From Synechocystis sp. PCC 6803 substr. PCC-P (lineage in GTDB: Bacteria > Cyanobacteriota > Cyanobacteriia > Cyanobacteriales > Microcystaceae): DNA of 32,000 nt. A model generated the notes under the pieces. The model was not told where the DNA came from. It saw only the letters and a list, made by a program, of their open reading frames with translations, and did not search any database. The translations under genes were made by a program, and so were the position numbers. Positions 15,520 through 25,070 of this stretch are shown here, piece by piece. Where the stretch lies: contig NC_017039.1 of NCBI RefSeq assembly GCF_000284455.1, positions 3,240,001 through 3,272,000 on the forward strand. Direction: 5' to 3'. Numbering within the stretch: position 1 is the stretch's first letter; the number at the start of each line of letters is the position of its first letter.

Positions 15520-17715
15520 CTAGGGCAACAATGCCTTGGCCCGATCGCCAAGGGCCTGGGCAGTTAGGCCGTTATAGGCCATCAGTTGTCCAGCGCTGGC
15601 GGTAGTTTCCCCCCGTTTCCAAGCAAATAGATCCCTGGGGCAAGCACTACGGAGTAGAACTGGTTCCAACATGGCTCCACTGCCACCGGTCACCCCAATC
15701 AACGCATCGCCACCAAACAGTTCGGTAAATTCAGCATCGCTCAAAAAGCCACTGTCCGCTTCGGAACAATCCTGCCATTGCACATCATGGGGACGGTACA
15801 AGCGCCGGGGATTAATTACCGAAACCACTTTTACCCCATAACCTTCACTTTCCAATTGACTGGCCGCTTCCAACACGGGAATTAGAGTCATATCGCCAAT
15901 TACTGCAAAAACAATGGTTTTAGAGCCAGTGCTGTTGTGGAGTAGGATGCCGCCTTTGGCTAAACCCTGACGATTTTGCTCCAACGTAGTGCGGATGGGC
16001 AAAGGAGACTTACTGGCGGTGATGGGAATGCCTTTGTTGCTGGTGGTTAACGCCCAGTCATAGCAAACCTGAATACCGTTGGCATCACAGGGGAAAAGGG
16101 GAAAAATATTCCCATTCCGCATCATAGCGGCAAAATAATTCTCAATTTCCGGCCGTTGGTGAGTCCAACCGTTGCGCCCTTGTTCCAACGCTCCCGCTGT
16201 AAACAGGGTAATGGTGGAAGGGGTAGGACGACGTAGCTCCGCCATGGCCTGGGTCACCGTCTGCCAAATGGGTAAACCGTTAATAGCAAAGGACTCGTAG
16301 GAACACCAGAGGGTACGGCCTCCAAACAAAGCTTGGGCGGCGGCCAGGCCAGCACAGGCATCTTCGCTCAGGGGTTCATAAACTTGGCCGTTGGGTTGTT
16401 GGAAATAATCCTCATCCACCGTGGGATGGACAATTTTTAGCCCAACGTTGATGTTATTGATCCCAGAAGCGGCGTTACCGTCGGCGTTGGTAACCACAAA
16501 GTTTGAATCCTGTTTGCCCACATGAACCACCAATTCCCCCATGGCGGTGGTGGCTACCTGTTTATCTTCTAGGGCAAACTCCTTCAGGGGCAGAGTACCC
16601 AGATCCGCTAAAGGTAAAACGGATTCCGTCACCACGGTTTGGGAGGCGGGGCCACCGTGGGAACGTTCAAAATTGGTCCGCACCAATTGCCAAGCTTCGG
16701 GGGATAGGGCCCGTTCTTGCAAAGCACTGACAATATAATCTTTATCTAAACTGTCGCCGGGATAGAGGTTGTGGGATTTGGCCCCGGATTTGTGGACTCC
16801 CGCTCCTTTTAGTTGTTTGACAATCAGAACCGTTAACGTACCACCAAGGGCCGCCTGGGCCGCTTTGTCGGTGGCCTCCAACACTGCCTGGGTAAAAGCT
16901 AACCGTTGTTGGAAAGAAAACTTGGTGCTGTCAACAAAATCCCCCGCTTGATTGCTGTCGTCAAAATCTTTGGCGTTGACCAGAATGACATTTTTAAAAC
17001 CGTTGCCCTGCCAGTAGTTAACCATGGCTTCATTGCTCTGGGTGGAAACCATGCTGTGGTGTTCTTGGCTAAAACCGTTCCAGACCAAAATGGGCAAAAA
17101 GTTTGTTACCTGGGGATAGGCCGTGTGGAAATGGCCAAAACTACTCATGATGTAGGGTTCCCCCAAACCACCATCTCCGATAGTTACGGGAAATAAAACG
17201 CCGGGATAAAGTTTTGCTCCGGCCATGGCGAAATGTTGACCTTGACCCAGGGGGCCTGCTGGAGCTAATAAGCCTGGGATTTGCCCTGAGAGGTGGCCCA
17301 ATAGGCCGTGCATTTCCCGGAACCGATCGCCAAGTTCTTGGACATTATTAATCCCCATGGCTTCCAGGGAACGATCCAAAAACATGGTGCTGTAAAAACC
17401 GGGGGCATGGTGGCCCACTTCCGTCACCGTATTTTTGTAGCCCAACATGACCAGAGCGGCGATCGCCTCCGCAATGCTGGCAAAACCGCCGGGGTGACCC
17501 GATTCTTTACTGGCTGTGGTTTGGAGCGTTAAATATCTGAGGGCATCCGCCGCCAACAAAGTTTGATACACCGCCTGGGGATCATTGGCAGAACTGATGG
17601 CCTTTGCCCCACTGGCGATCGCCGTTTCCTGGCCATAACGATCAAAATCCGGCAGGTTTTCACCGAAAAAGCGAATTCCTTGGCAAAAAGCAGGGGCGGT
17701 GGAGGCGACGGTCAT
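15520..17715 (-). CDS. Thiamine-diphosphate enzyme of the transketolase/phosphoketolase superfamily (divergent XFP-like, putative phosphoketolase)
   Basis: 731 aa. It has a GHPGGFASIAEAIAAL motif (transketolase-type N-terminal ThDP domain). Its ThDP/Mg motif GDGGLGEP...LPILVWNGFSQ resembles the phosphoketolase GDGE...LPILHLNGYKI pattern. It is shorter than the canonical ~800-aa XFP. Confidence 0.7.
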   Translation of the reverse strand: MTVASTAPAFCQGIRFFGENLPDFDRYGQETAIASGAKAISSANDPQAVYQTLLAADALRYLTLQTTASKESGHPGGFASIAEAIAALVMLGYKNTVTEVGHHAPGFYSTMFLDRSLEAMGINNVQELGDRFREMHGLLGHLSGQIPGLLAPAGPLGQGQHFAMAGAKLYPGVLFPVTIGDGGLGEPYIMSSFGHFHTAYPQVTNFLPILVWNGFSQEHHSMVSTQSNEAMVNYWQGNGFKNVILVNAKDFDDSNQAGDFVDSTKFSFQQRLAFTQAVLEATDKAAQAALGGTLTVLIVKQLKGAGVHKSGAKSHNLYPGDSLDKDYIVSALQERALSPEAWQLVRTNFERSHGGPASQTVVTESVLPLADLGTLPLKEFALEDKQVATTAMGELVVHVGKQDSNFVVTNADGNAASGINNINVGLKIVHPTVDEDYFQQPNGQVYEPLSEDACAGLAAAQALFGGRTLWCSYESFAINGLPIWQTVTQAMAELRRPTPSTITLFTAGALEQGRNGWTHQRPEIENYFAAMMRNGNIFPLFPCDANGIQVCYDWALTTSNKGIPITASKSPLPIRTTLEQNRQGLAKGGILLHNSTGSKTIVFAVIGDMTLIPVLEAASQLESEGYGVKVVSVINPRRLYRPHDVQWQDCSEADSGFLSDAEFTELFGGDALIGVTGGSGAMLEPVLLRSACPRDLFAWKRGETTASAGQLMAYNGLTAQALGDRAKALLP

Positions 17716-17858
17716 GGGAAAAAATCCTAGTCCAATGAAAAGTAACGATTGAGGCTAATTTTACCCCCTTGGGGAACACCAGATAATCCCCTATTCTGCC
17801 ATTAAAAAAGATTGAGAAAAAGCTATGGTCGCTCAATCCCAATCTTTATGGTTTCCTT

Positions 17859-17959
17859 GCCCCCTAAATCTCCTCACTAAAGCTCCGGCAAGTTTGGGGG
17901 ACTTTAAATCTTATTTTCCCCCCAAAAAAATTTGGGGGGCCAGGGGGGCTTTTAAAACA
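17859..17959. repeat. Copy A of a ~100-nt intergenic hairpin repeat (G/C-clamped, MITE/REP-like)
   Basis: It aligns end to end with 24956-25050. Both run gccccctaaat..cctcactaaa.c..cggcaa.tttgg..gacttt.aa...ttcccccca...ttggggggc.aggggggcttttaaaaca. Internal hairpin CCCCCCAAA/TTTGGGGGG at 17918-17939. The ends GCCCCCT and AGGGGGGC are mutually complementary. Confidence 0.8.
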
Positions 17960-17963
17960 GGCT

Positions 17964-19073
17964 CTAGGCGGCGGAGGTTTGCAGACATTTGATGATGGAA
18001 GCTTTTTCCAATAATCCCACCACTTCTCCCGAAGGTTGCACCACCAAAAGTTCCGACAGTTTCTGTTGATCTAACAACTGGGCCACTTCAAACAAAGATT
18101 GATTGGCGTTAACGGTGACCATCTGTTGGGGATACTGCATCAAGCTATCCACTGTGACCTGGGGCCAATCGGAAGTGGGGACGTGTTTGATGTCTTCCGT
18201 AGCAAGTACACCTAACAGTTGATTGTCGGCACCAATAACCAAGAACCGTCGCCAGGGGGTTTTACCAATCACATAATCGTTAGCAAATTCCCGAATATTT
18301 AACCCGGCAGGAATAATGGGGCTGTTGGGAATAACCGCATCTTCAGCAGTAAAGGCTTCCATTTGCTCTTTGACCTGGGCGTTGCGGGCGGAGGAACCAG
18401 CATTTTGTAACAGGAACCAACCGATCAAAATGGTCCAGAAGCTACCGATGGGCAGAATATTTAAAATACCTAAGCTACCAATGGCGATCGCCAACCAACC
18501 GAAACCCTGGCCCACCCGACTAGCAATGAGAATACCTTTGTTTTGATTGCCCGTGATTTGCCACACAATGGATTTGAGCACATTGCCGCCGTCCAAAGGT
18601 AAACCAGGAATGAGGTTAAACAATGCCAGGGCGAGGTTGATCATGCCCAATAAACCAATGATGGCCTGCCCCGGCACAGGTAGGGGGATTTGGGTACCAA
18701 CTATGGTTAAACCCAAAAAGAGCACTAAACTCACCGCCGGCCCGGCGATCGCCACCGCAAAAGCTTGCCAGGGAGTGTTGGATTCCTTTTCTAAACTCGC
18801 TAGACCACCGAACAAAAACAGAGTGATGGATTTAACTTCAATGCCCTGGGCTAAGGCAACCAAACTATGGCCCAACTCGTGGGCGACAACGGAAGCAAAG
18901 AGGAGTAAAGCTGTAATTAACCCCAAAATCCAGGGTGTGCCACCGGAAAGTTGGGGAAAGCGGGCTAAGTCTTGGCCATAGCTCAGGGTCACCAATCCTA
19001 AAATTAAAAACCAGGATGGGTTGACGTAAAAAGGAATGCCAAACAGACTGCCGACGCGGATATTGTTGTTCAT
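17964..19073 (-). CDS. Site-2 protease family (peptidase M50) membrane metalloprotease with C-terminal CBS domain pair
   Basis: HExxH zinc motif VAHELGHSL in a hydrophobic helix, second conserved motif NLIPGLPLDGG, multiple TM segments and a C-terminal CBS-like pair. The track ORF extends to 19103. I prefer the ATG at 19073 (MNNNIRVGSLFGIPF...). Confidence 0.9.
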   Translation of the reverse strand: MNNNIRVGSLFGIPFYVNPSWFLILGLVTLSYGQDLARFPQLSGGTPWILGLITALLLFASVVAHELGHSLVALAQGIEVKSITLFLFGGLASLEKESNTPWQAFAVAIAGPAVSLVLFLGLTIVGTQIPLPVPGQAIIGLLGMINLALALFNLIPGLPLDGGNVLKSIVWQITGNQNKGILIASRVGQGFGWLAIAIGSLGILNILPIGSFWTILIGWFLLQNAGSSARNAQVKEQMEAFTAEDAVIPNSPIIPAGLNIREFANDYVIGKTPWRRFLVIGADNQLLGVLATEDIKHVPTSDWPQVTVDSLMQYPQQMVTVNANQSLFEVAQLLDQQKLSELLVVQPSGEVVGLLEKASIIKCLQTSAA

Positions 19074-19232
19074 AAACTGCCCCCCTAAACTGAGGCTTAA
19101 CATGAATTAATTGTAACGAGATGTTAAGAATTGCCTGAGTGGGATAACCGTCGGGGTTAGTTCGGTTAAGCACCTTTCCCCCAATCCACCGTAGGATCTA
19201 GTCAACAGGCCTCGATTTCCGTTAACTTGCCC

Positions 19233-19889
19233 ATGTTTTCCCCCAGCGTTTACTCAGAAATTATCGCTACCCTCCCCCCCAGTGTACGGTTGGTGGCGGT
19301 AACCAAAACCAAGGCGATCGCCGACATCGAAGCGGCCTACGGAGCGGGCATCCGGGATTTTGCCGAAAGTCGCATCCAAGAAGCTTTACCAAAAATCGAA
19401 GCTTTAGCAAATTACCAAGATATTAACTGGCATTTTATCGGACGTTTACAGAGTAACAAGGCCCGCAAAGTGGTGGAAAATTTTACCTATATCCATTCCG
19501 TTGATAATTTGGCGATCGCCGTCAAACTAGACCGCATTGCTGAGGAGTTGAACAAATTTCCCCAGGGATTATTACAAATCAAGTTACTGCCGGACGAGAA
19601 TAAATCCGGTTGGACAAGGGAAGAATTAAAGCTGGATTTGCCCCAACTGGAGCTATTAAAAAATCTAAAAATTTGTGGCTTAATGACTATTTTACCCCTG
19701 GGTCTTTCCCCTGGCGATCGCCAACTAACCTTTGGGGAACTAAAAAATCTGGCCACAGCCATCAACCAACAATCTAGCCTGTCATTAACGGAACTATCCA
19801 TGGGCATGTCCGGAGATTACCCAGAAGCCATTGCCGCCGGAGCTACCATGATCCGCTTGGGTACCATTCTCTTTGGCGATCGACTCTAA
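19233..19889 (+). CDS. YggS/PROSC-family pyridoxal-phosphate homeostasis protein (PipY-like)
   Basis: ~218 aa. PLP-lysine context RLVAVTKTK, then HFIGRLQSNK and a C-terminal MIRLGTILFG. The track start at 19227 is TTG; an ATG lies two codons later at 19233. Confidence 0.9.
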   Translation: MFSPSVYSEIIATLPPSVRLVAVTKTKAIADIEAAYGAGIRDFAESRIQEALPKIEALANYQDINWHFIGRLQSNKARKVVENFTYIHSVDNLAIAVKLDRIAEELNKFPQGLLQIKLLPDENKSGWTREELKLDLPQLELLKNLKICGLMTILPLGLSPGDRQLTFGELKNLATAINQQSSLSLTELSMGMSGDYPEAIAAGATMIRLGTILFGDRL

Positions 19890-19890
19890 A

Positions 19891-20286
19891 CTATACTCCC
19901 GCCCATAACAAAGAGACTCCATAATTTTTAAACATTGAATCTGCACTAATTAGCAGCATATTTTCTGTTTGTGCCTGGGCAATGATAATTCTGTCAAACG
20001 GATCACGGTGATGTAGGGGCAATGTCGCAACTTGCAGGGCATGGCGGGTTTTAATGTCCAGGAACTCAGCACCCAATTTCACCATGCGACTGAGAATGTA
20101 GTCGTCAATATTTTCTGGCAAGGGCAGTTTACCGATGGAAGTCTTAATTGACATTTCCCAAATACTGGCAACAGAAAGCCATATTTCGTTTGTCTCATCT
20201 ATGATCTGGGAAATTGCATCTTCGTTCAATTTTTCCGGCTCAGTAAACCACCATAACCAGCACTGGGTATCCAACAAAAGTTTCAC
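19891..20286 (-). CDS. vapC: PIN-domain toxin, VapC family
   Basis: PIN acidic residues lie in (V/M)KLLLDTQ, SVASIWEM, HHRDPFDRIIIAQ and LISAD. I prefer the GTG start at 20286, which has GAAGGA 6 nt upstream and lies 11 nt after the antitoxin stop. The track alternative is TTG at 20313, which overlaps the antitoxin by 16 nt. Confidence 0.85.
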   Translation of the reverse strand: MKLLLDTQCWLWWFTEPEKLNEDAISQIIDETNEIWLSVASIWEMSIKTSIGKLPLPENIDDYILSRMVKLGAEFLDIKTRHALQVATLPLHHRDPFDRIIIAQAQTENMLLISADSMFKNYGVSLLWAGV

Positions 20287-20297
20287 GTTAATCCTTC

Positions 20298-20534
20298 TCA
20301 AGATAATGGCCAAATATCATTTGGTAAAGGATCGTTAAAGTCATCTGGCACTACAAATAATCCTCGATCTACCCCTAAGCTGGAGCATCGATCCACGGAT
20401 TTTTGCCTTTGCAGAGGAACCAACTTAGCAATGGGAATACCCTGGTCAGCAACGATGACTTCTTCCCCTGGTTTGATACTGTACAAAAGCTCAGGAAGAT
20501 TGATTTCTATTTGGTCAACATTGACGGTCTCCAT
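20298..20534 (-). CDS. vapB: Phd/YefM-like type II antitoxin (VapB partner of the PIN toxin)
   Basis: 78 aa from the ATG at 20534. The sequence METVNVDQIEINLPELLYSIKPGEEVIVADQGIPIAKLVPL has the Phd/YefM N-terminal pattern, with a C-terminal ...VVPDDFNDPLP motif common in antitoxins paired with PIN toxins. It sits immediately upstream of the toxin. The track ORF extends to 20576. Confidence 0.75.
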   Translation of the reverse strand: METVNVDQIEINLPELLYSIKPGEEVIVADQGIPIAKLVPLQRQKSVDRCSSLGVDRGLFVVPDDFNDPLPNDIWPLS

Positions 20535-20645
20535 AGTGGATCCTAGTTTCTCTGGATTAACGCTAACTCCGATCATAGCTTGCTCTCATCGGGAATTATT
20601 TGACGGCACCAGAATATGAGTAAACAAATGGCGATCGCCGTTTAT

Positions 20646-21902
20646 TTAACTAGCTCTGTGGACAATGGCAAAGGCGGAAGTGTAACCGTGTAAAAAGGTC
20701 TGAGCACCCACCTGGCCAATTTCTCCATTACAAAAGAAACCACCCAGGGCTACTCCAGGAAAATATTGCCCAAACATCTGGCTATCAAAATTGGGGGTAC
20801 CATACAGGCCATAGCCTCTGCCCAAACAGGAAAACATCAATGCCCCGATCGCCGTAGAAGAAGATTGATTAGCCTCTCCTTCGGTGTAATGGCGCAAAAG
20901 AATTTGTAAGTCGTCGGCGGAAGTTTCCCGGTCCCGCAAATGGAATTGTAACCTTTGCCCCTTTCTCACCCGGTCTCCAATGGCGATCGCCCCTTGGCGG
21001 GGATCCACCCCCAGTAAGTTGCGAATGAGAAAATCCCCCGGTTGCAGAGTTAATTTAAATTCATCGCTGGCCACCCCCACAAAAAGGGAACTTTGGGCCA
21101 ATTCCTGATCTTTGGGACTGAGGGTGGGAATCAGTTTCTGCAGGCTAGCCAGGGGCGTTTCCAACACCACCGTGCCACTGTCTGCATCCTTACCTTGGAT
21201 TTCTGTAATGATATTTCTCTGCCCCTGGTTAACCACAAAGGGTTCGCCAATAGGCCGACAGCCCTGGGCCACCACACTACCGAGGCGAATATTGCCCGCT
21301 AAGGCTACGCCGATAAAACCATCTCCATAACGGCCAGCGGGATGATCAGAAGATTGCAAAAATAAACTGCCCCCCATGGCCACATTTTCCCCACTGGCTA
21401 AGCCACCCACTTTTGTTGCTTGGGGATAGGCAAAATCCAACCCGGCTAAAAAGTCTGTGATGCCCCCAGTCATCGGGTCGGCCAGAATAATAAAATCTGC
21501 GCCACTGGCCGGATCAACCCCCATTAAATCCACCCAACTTTGGGGCGGTGCGTCTAAATCGGGCATTCCTTCCCCATGGACATAGAATGGCGTCACCGTC
21601 ACCCCTGGCAATTGGGCCACCGTTAAGCTCAATGCCACTTCTCCTTCTACTTCCTGCACTGTGGCATTGTTTTCCATGCCAATAATGCCGCCCCCCAAGC
21701 AACCGATTAAATTCGGTACTGACAACTTTTCTTGCACTAGGGGCATTAACCGGGCCGCATCGCTGGCAAAGCTGGAGGAAAGGAAGATAATCGCCAAGTC
21801 CCATTGTCCCTGACCCCCCACCTTGGCGATCGCCTCATCCAATGCCCTCTCCAGGGATGGTCTGGTAGAAAGAGCATTAACCCACCGCAGAGAATGTGTC
21901 AT
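20646..21902 (-). CDS. FIST-domain (FIST_N plus FIST_C) putative small-ligand sensor protein
   Basis: ~418 aa from the ATG at 21902 (MTHSLRWVNALS...). Its length and segments such as ...DLAIIFLSSSF..., ...GGLASG... and a C-terminal LGGFFCNGEIG are as I remember for FIST proteins. The track ORF extends to 21989 but that start lacks support. Confidence 0.75.
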   Translation of the reverse strand: MTHSLRWVNALSTRPSLERALDEAIAKVGGQGQWDLAIIFLSSSFASDAARLMPLVQEKLSVPNLIGCLGGGIIGMENNATVQEVEGEVALSLTVAQLPGVTVTPFYVHGEGMPDLDAPPQSWVDLMGVDPASGADFIILADPMTGGITDFLAGLDFAYPQATKVGGLASGENVAMGGSLFLQSSDHPAGRYGDGFIGVALAGNIRLGSVVAQGCRPIGEPFVVNQGQRNIITEIQGKDADSGTVVLETPLASLQKLIPTLSPKDQELAQSSLFVGVASDEFKLTLQPGDFLIRNLLGVDPRQGAIAIGDRVRKGQRLQFHLRDRETSADDLQILLRHYTEGEANQSSSTAIGALMFSCLGRGYGLYGTPNFDSQMFGQYFPGVALGGFFCNGEIGQVGAQTFLHGYTSAFAIVHRAS

Positions 21903-22116
21903 AGGAGAAATAAAGTAATGAGGTGCTCGACGGGATGGCAAAGGTAACCAAAAACCTTGCCCAAAAGTAGGACTGGCGTAGACTACCATCGTAACTTCTC
22001 AGATCAAATTGCAGAAAATCAGCGACAAAAAATCTCCCCTGCCCCAAAATTACTGTCCCCATTCCCTTTGCTAACCTATGGCAAAATGATGAAGGCCTAA
22101 CAGTAAACTCCCTCCC

Positions 22117-24849
22117 ATGACCACTTCCCTGCCGCCCCAATATGAACCCACCGTCACCGAAGCCAAATGGCAAACAGCGTGGGAAGAAAGTCATGCCTTT
22201 AAAGCCGATCCCGATCGCCCAGGGGAACCCTATTGCGTGGTGATTCCGCCCCCCAATGTGACAGGTAGTTTGCATATGGGCCACGCTTTTGAGAGTTCTT
22301 TAATAGATACTTTGGTTCGTTATCACCGCATGCGGGGGGACAATACCCTCTGGTTACCGGGAACGGACCATGCCAGTATTGCTGTGCAAACCATTTTGGA
22401 ACGTCAGTTAAAAGCGGAGGGGAAAACGAGGGATGATTTGGGCCGGGAAAAGTTTTTGGAACGGGCCTGGCAATGGAAAGCGGAGTCCGGCAGTACTATT
22501 GTTAACCAACTGCGGCGTTTGGGAGTGTCTGTGGACTGGACCAGGGAGCGGTTCACCATGGATGAAGGACTTTCCCAAGCAGTAAAAACAGCATTTATTA
22601 AGTTGTACGAAGAAGGATTAATTTACCGGGGTAATTATCTGGTCAATTGGTGTCCGGCTTCCCAGTCAGCGGTGTCGGATTTGGAAGTGGAAAACCAGGA
22701 AGTGGACGGTCATTTGTGGTATTTTCGTTATCCCCTCACCGACGGTAGTGGAGAACTAGTGGTGGCCACCACCCGACCGGAAACCATGCTGGGGGATACG
22801 GGGGTGGCGGTTAATCCCCATGATGAACGCTATGCCGCCATGGTGGGCAAAACCATTACCCTACCTTTAGTGAACCGGGAAATTCCCATTGTGGCCGATG
22901 AGTTGGTGGACCCAGAATTTGGTACCGGCTGTGTGAAGGTTACCCCCGCCCACGATCCCAACGATTTTGTCATGGGGCAACGGCACAATTTACCTTTTAT
23001 TAATCTGCTCAACAAAGACGGTTCCCTAAATGAGAATGGTGGGGATTTTGCTGGCCAAGACCGCTTTGAAGCCCGCAAAAATGTGGTGCAAGCCCTAGAA
23101 GCCCAGGGTTTTCTGGTCAAAATTGAACCCTATCGTCATTCCGTACCCTACGGCGATCGGGGTAAGGTGCCCGTGGAACCGTTGTTATCCACCCAATGGT
23201 TTGTCAAAATTGAAAGCCTAGCCCAAAATGCCCTGGCCTGTTTGGACGAGGATAACTCTCCTAATTTTGTGCCGGAACGGTGGGGTAAGGTTTATCGAGA
23301 CTGGTTGGTAAAGCTCAAAGATTGGTGTATTTCCCGGCAACTGTGGTGGGGTCATCAAATTCCCGCTTGGTATGTGATCAGCGAAACCAATGGAGCCATA
23401 ACTGATCACACCCCTTTCATTGTGGCCTACGACGAGGCCGAAGCCTTAGCTAAAGCGAAAGCAGAATATGGCCCGACGGTGCAATTGCAACAGGACCCCG
23501 ATGTGTTGGATACCTGGTTTTCTTCGGGACTGTGGCCCTTTTCCACCATGGGCTGGCCAGAACAAACAGACGATTTGGCCAAATATTATCCCACCAGCAC
23601 CCTAGTAACGGGTTTTGACATTATCTTTTTCTGGGTGGCCAGGATGACCATGATGGCGGGGCACTTCACCGGCCAAATACCCTTTAAGGATGTCTATATC
23701 CACGGCTTGGTGCGGGATGAAAATGGTAAAAAAATGTCTAAATCGGCCAACAACGGCATTGATCCTTTGTTGTTGATTAATAAATATGGTACCGATGCGC
23801 TACGTTACACCCTAATTCGGGAAGTGGCTGGAGCGGGGCAAGATATTAGCCTGCAATACGATCGCCAGAAGGATGAATCGGAGTCGGTGGAAGCGTCCCG
23901 TAACTTTGCCAATAAACTGTGGAATGCGGCCCGGTTTGTGATGATGAATCTGGATGGTCAGACCCCGCAGCAATTGGGTCTAGCCCCTGGGGAAGATTTA
24001 GAATTGGCAGACCGTTGGATTCTCTCCCGTTTGAATCAAGTTATTCAGCAAACTCGAGAGCAAATTGAAGATTACGGCCTAGGGGAAGCGGCCAAGGGCC
24101 TGTACGAATTCATCTGGGGTGATTTTTGCGATTGGTACATTGAGCTAGCTAAACCCAGACTCTGGAATAAGGAAGGAGGAGACGTCGGCACCCAGCGTCA
24201 ATTGGTGGCCCGCCAAGTTTTGGCCCACACGTTGGACAGCATTATTAAGTTGCTCCATCCCTTTATGCCCCATATTACGGAGGAGCTGTGGCAAACTCTG
24301 CACCAGGCGGAAGGACAATTTTTGGCTTTGCAGGCCTACCCAACGGTTAACCAATCCTTAGTTGACCCAGCTTTGGAAACTCAGTTTGCTCTGTTAATTG
24401 AAACTCTCCGCACCATCCGTAATCTCCGGGCAGAAGCTGGCATTAAACCGGGAGCCATGGTCACTGTTATCCTCCAAAGTGAAAATGACCAGGAACGACA
24501 AACCCTCCAGCTAGGAGAAACCTATATTCGGGACATTGGCAAAGTGGAAAATCTCCAAGTGGTGTCCCAACTACCTCCAGAACAAACCCAGGCGATCGCC
24601 GGTGTGGTGGATACAATTCAGGTGCTCATTCCCCTATCCGGGCTAGTGGATTTGGATATTCTCCGCAATAAAATCCAAAAAACCTTGGATAAAGTGACCA
24701 AAGAATATGAAAGCATCGAAAAACGCCTTAGCAATCCCGGTTTTGTTAATAAAGCCCCAGAGGAAGTGATCGCCGGAGCTAAGGAATCCCTCAATGCCGC
24801 CGCTGTTCAACGGCAAATGCTCCAGGAGCGACTTAAAATGTTGGGCTAA
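22117..24849 (+). CDS. valS: Valine--tRNA ligase
   Basis: 910 aa. Class I HIGH motif [19 protein letters not shown] motif present verbatim, CP1 editing-domain insertion and a C-terminal coiled coil. Confidence 0.97.
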   Translation: MTTSLPPQYEPTVTEAKWQTAWEESHAFKADPDRPGEPYCVVIPPPNVTGSLHMGHAFESSLIDTLVRYHRMRGDNTLWLPGTDHASIAVQTILERQLKAEGKTRDDLGREKFLERAWQWKAESGSTIVNQLRRLGVSVDWTRERFTMDEGLSQAVKTAFIKLYEEGLIYRGNYLVNWCPASQSAVSDLEVENQEVDGHLWYFRYPLTDGSGELVVATTRPETMLGDTGVAVNPHDERYAAMVGKTITLPLVNREIPIVADELVDPEFGTGCVKVTPAHDPNDFVMGQRHNLPFINLLNKDGSLNENGGDFAGQDRFEARKNVVQALEAQGFLVKIEPYRHSVPYGDRGKVPVEPLLSTQWFVKIESLAQNALACLDEDNSPNFVPERWGKVYRDWLVKLKDWCISRQLWWGHQIPAWYVISETNGAITDHTPFIVAYDEAEALAKAKAEYGPTVQLQQDPDVLDTWFSSGLWPFSTMGWPEQTDDLAKYYPTSTLVTGFDIIFFWVARMTMMAGHFTGQIPFKDVYIHGLVRDENGKKMSKSANNGIDPLLLINKYGTDALRYTLIREVAGAGQDISLQYDRQKDESESVEASRNFANKLWNAARFVMMNLDGQTPQQLGLAPGEDLELADRWILSRLNQVIQQTREQIEDYGLGEAAKGLYEFIWGDFCDWYIELAKPRLWNKEGGDVGTQRQLVARQVLAHTLDSIIKLLHPFMPHITEELWQTLHQAEGQFLALQAYPTVNQSLVDPALETQFALLIETLRTIRNLRAEAGIKPGAMVTVILQSENDQERQTLQLGETYIRDIGKVENLQVVSQLPPEQTQAIAGVVDTIQVLIPLSGLVDLDILRNKIQKTLDKVTKEYESIEKRLSNPGFVNKAPEEVIAGAKESLNAAAVQRQMLQERLKMLG

Positions 24850-24935
24850 AAAAGCTTGTGATGCCCCTTCAGACCAATCTTTGGATCAAAATAGAGCACC
24901 ACTTTCAGCTTATTTATCGTTATCCACCAAAAGCT

Positions 24936-25050
24936 TGTTTAAAAAGCCACAATCCGCCCCCTAAATACCCTCACTAAACCGTCGGCAAATTTGGCAGACT
25001 TTGAACACTGTTCCCCCCAGAGTTGGGGGGCTAGGGGGGCTTTTAAAACA
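24936..25050. repeat. Copy B of the intergenic hairpin repeat, here with an extra 13-nt terminal inverted repeat
   Basis: 24956-25050 aligns with 17859-17959. In addition, TGTTTAAAAAGCC (24936-24948) is the reverse complement, at 12 of 13 positions, of GGCTTTTAAAACA (25038-25050). Internal hairpin CCCCCCAGAGTTGGGGGG. It lies between the convergent valS and ndhE stop codons. Confidence 0.8.
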
Positions 25051-25070
25051 CTTTATAATCCTGATATCTT

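Noticed and set aside
18547-18981. 144-aa plus-strand ORF antisense to the site-2 protease
   Set aside because: The opposite frame carries HELGH and LDG motifs. This ORF is rich in P, K, M and A without features. Shadow ORF.
21877-22284. 135-aa minus-strand ORF spanning the FIST/valS divergent region
   Set aside because: It overlaps the valS HIGH-motif region antisense and the probable FIST 5' end. It is rich in G, F, R and H with no motif.
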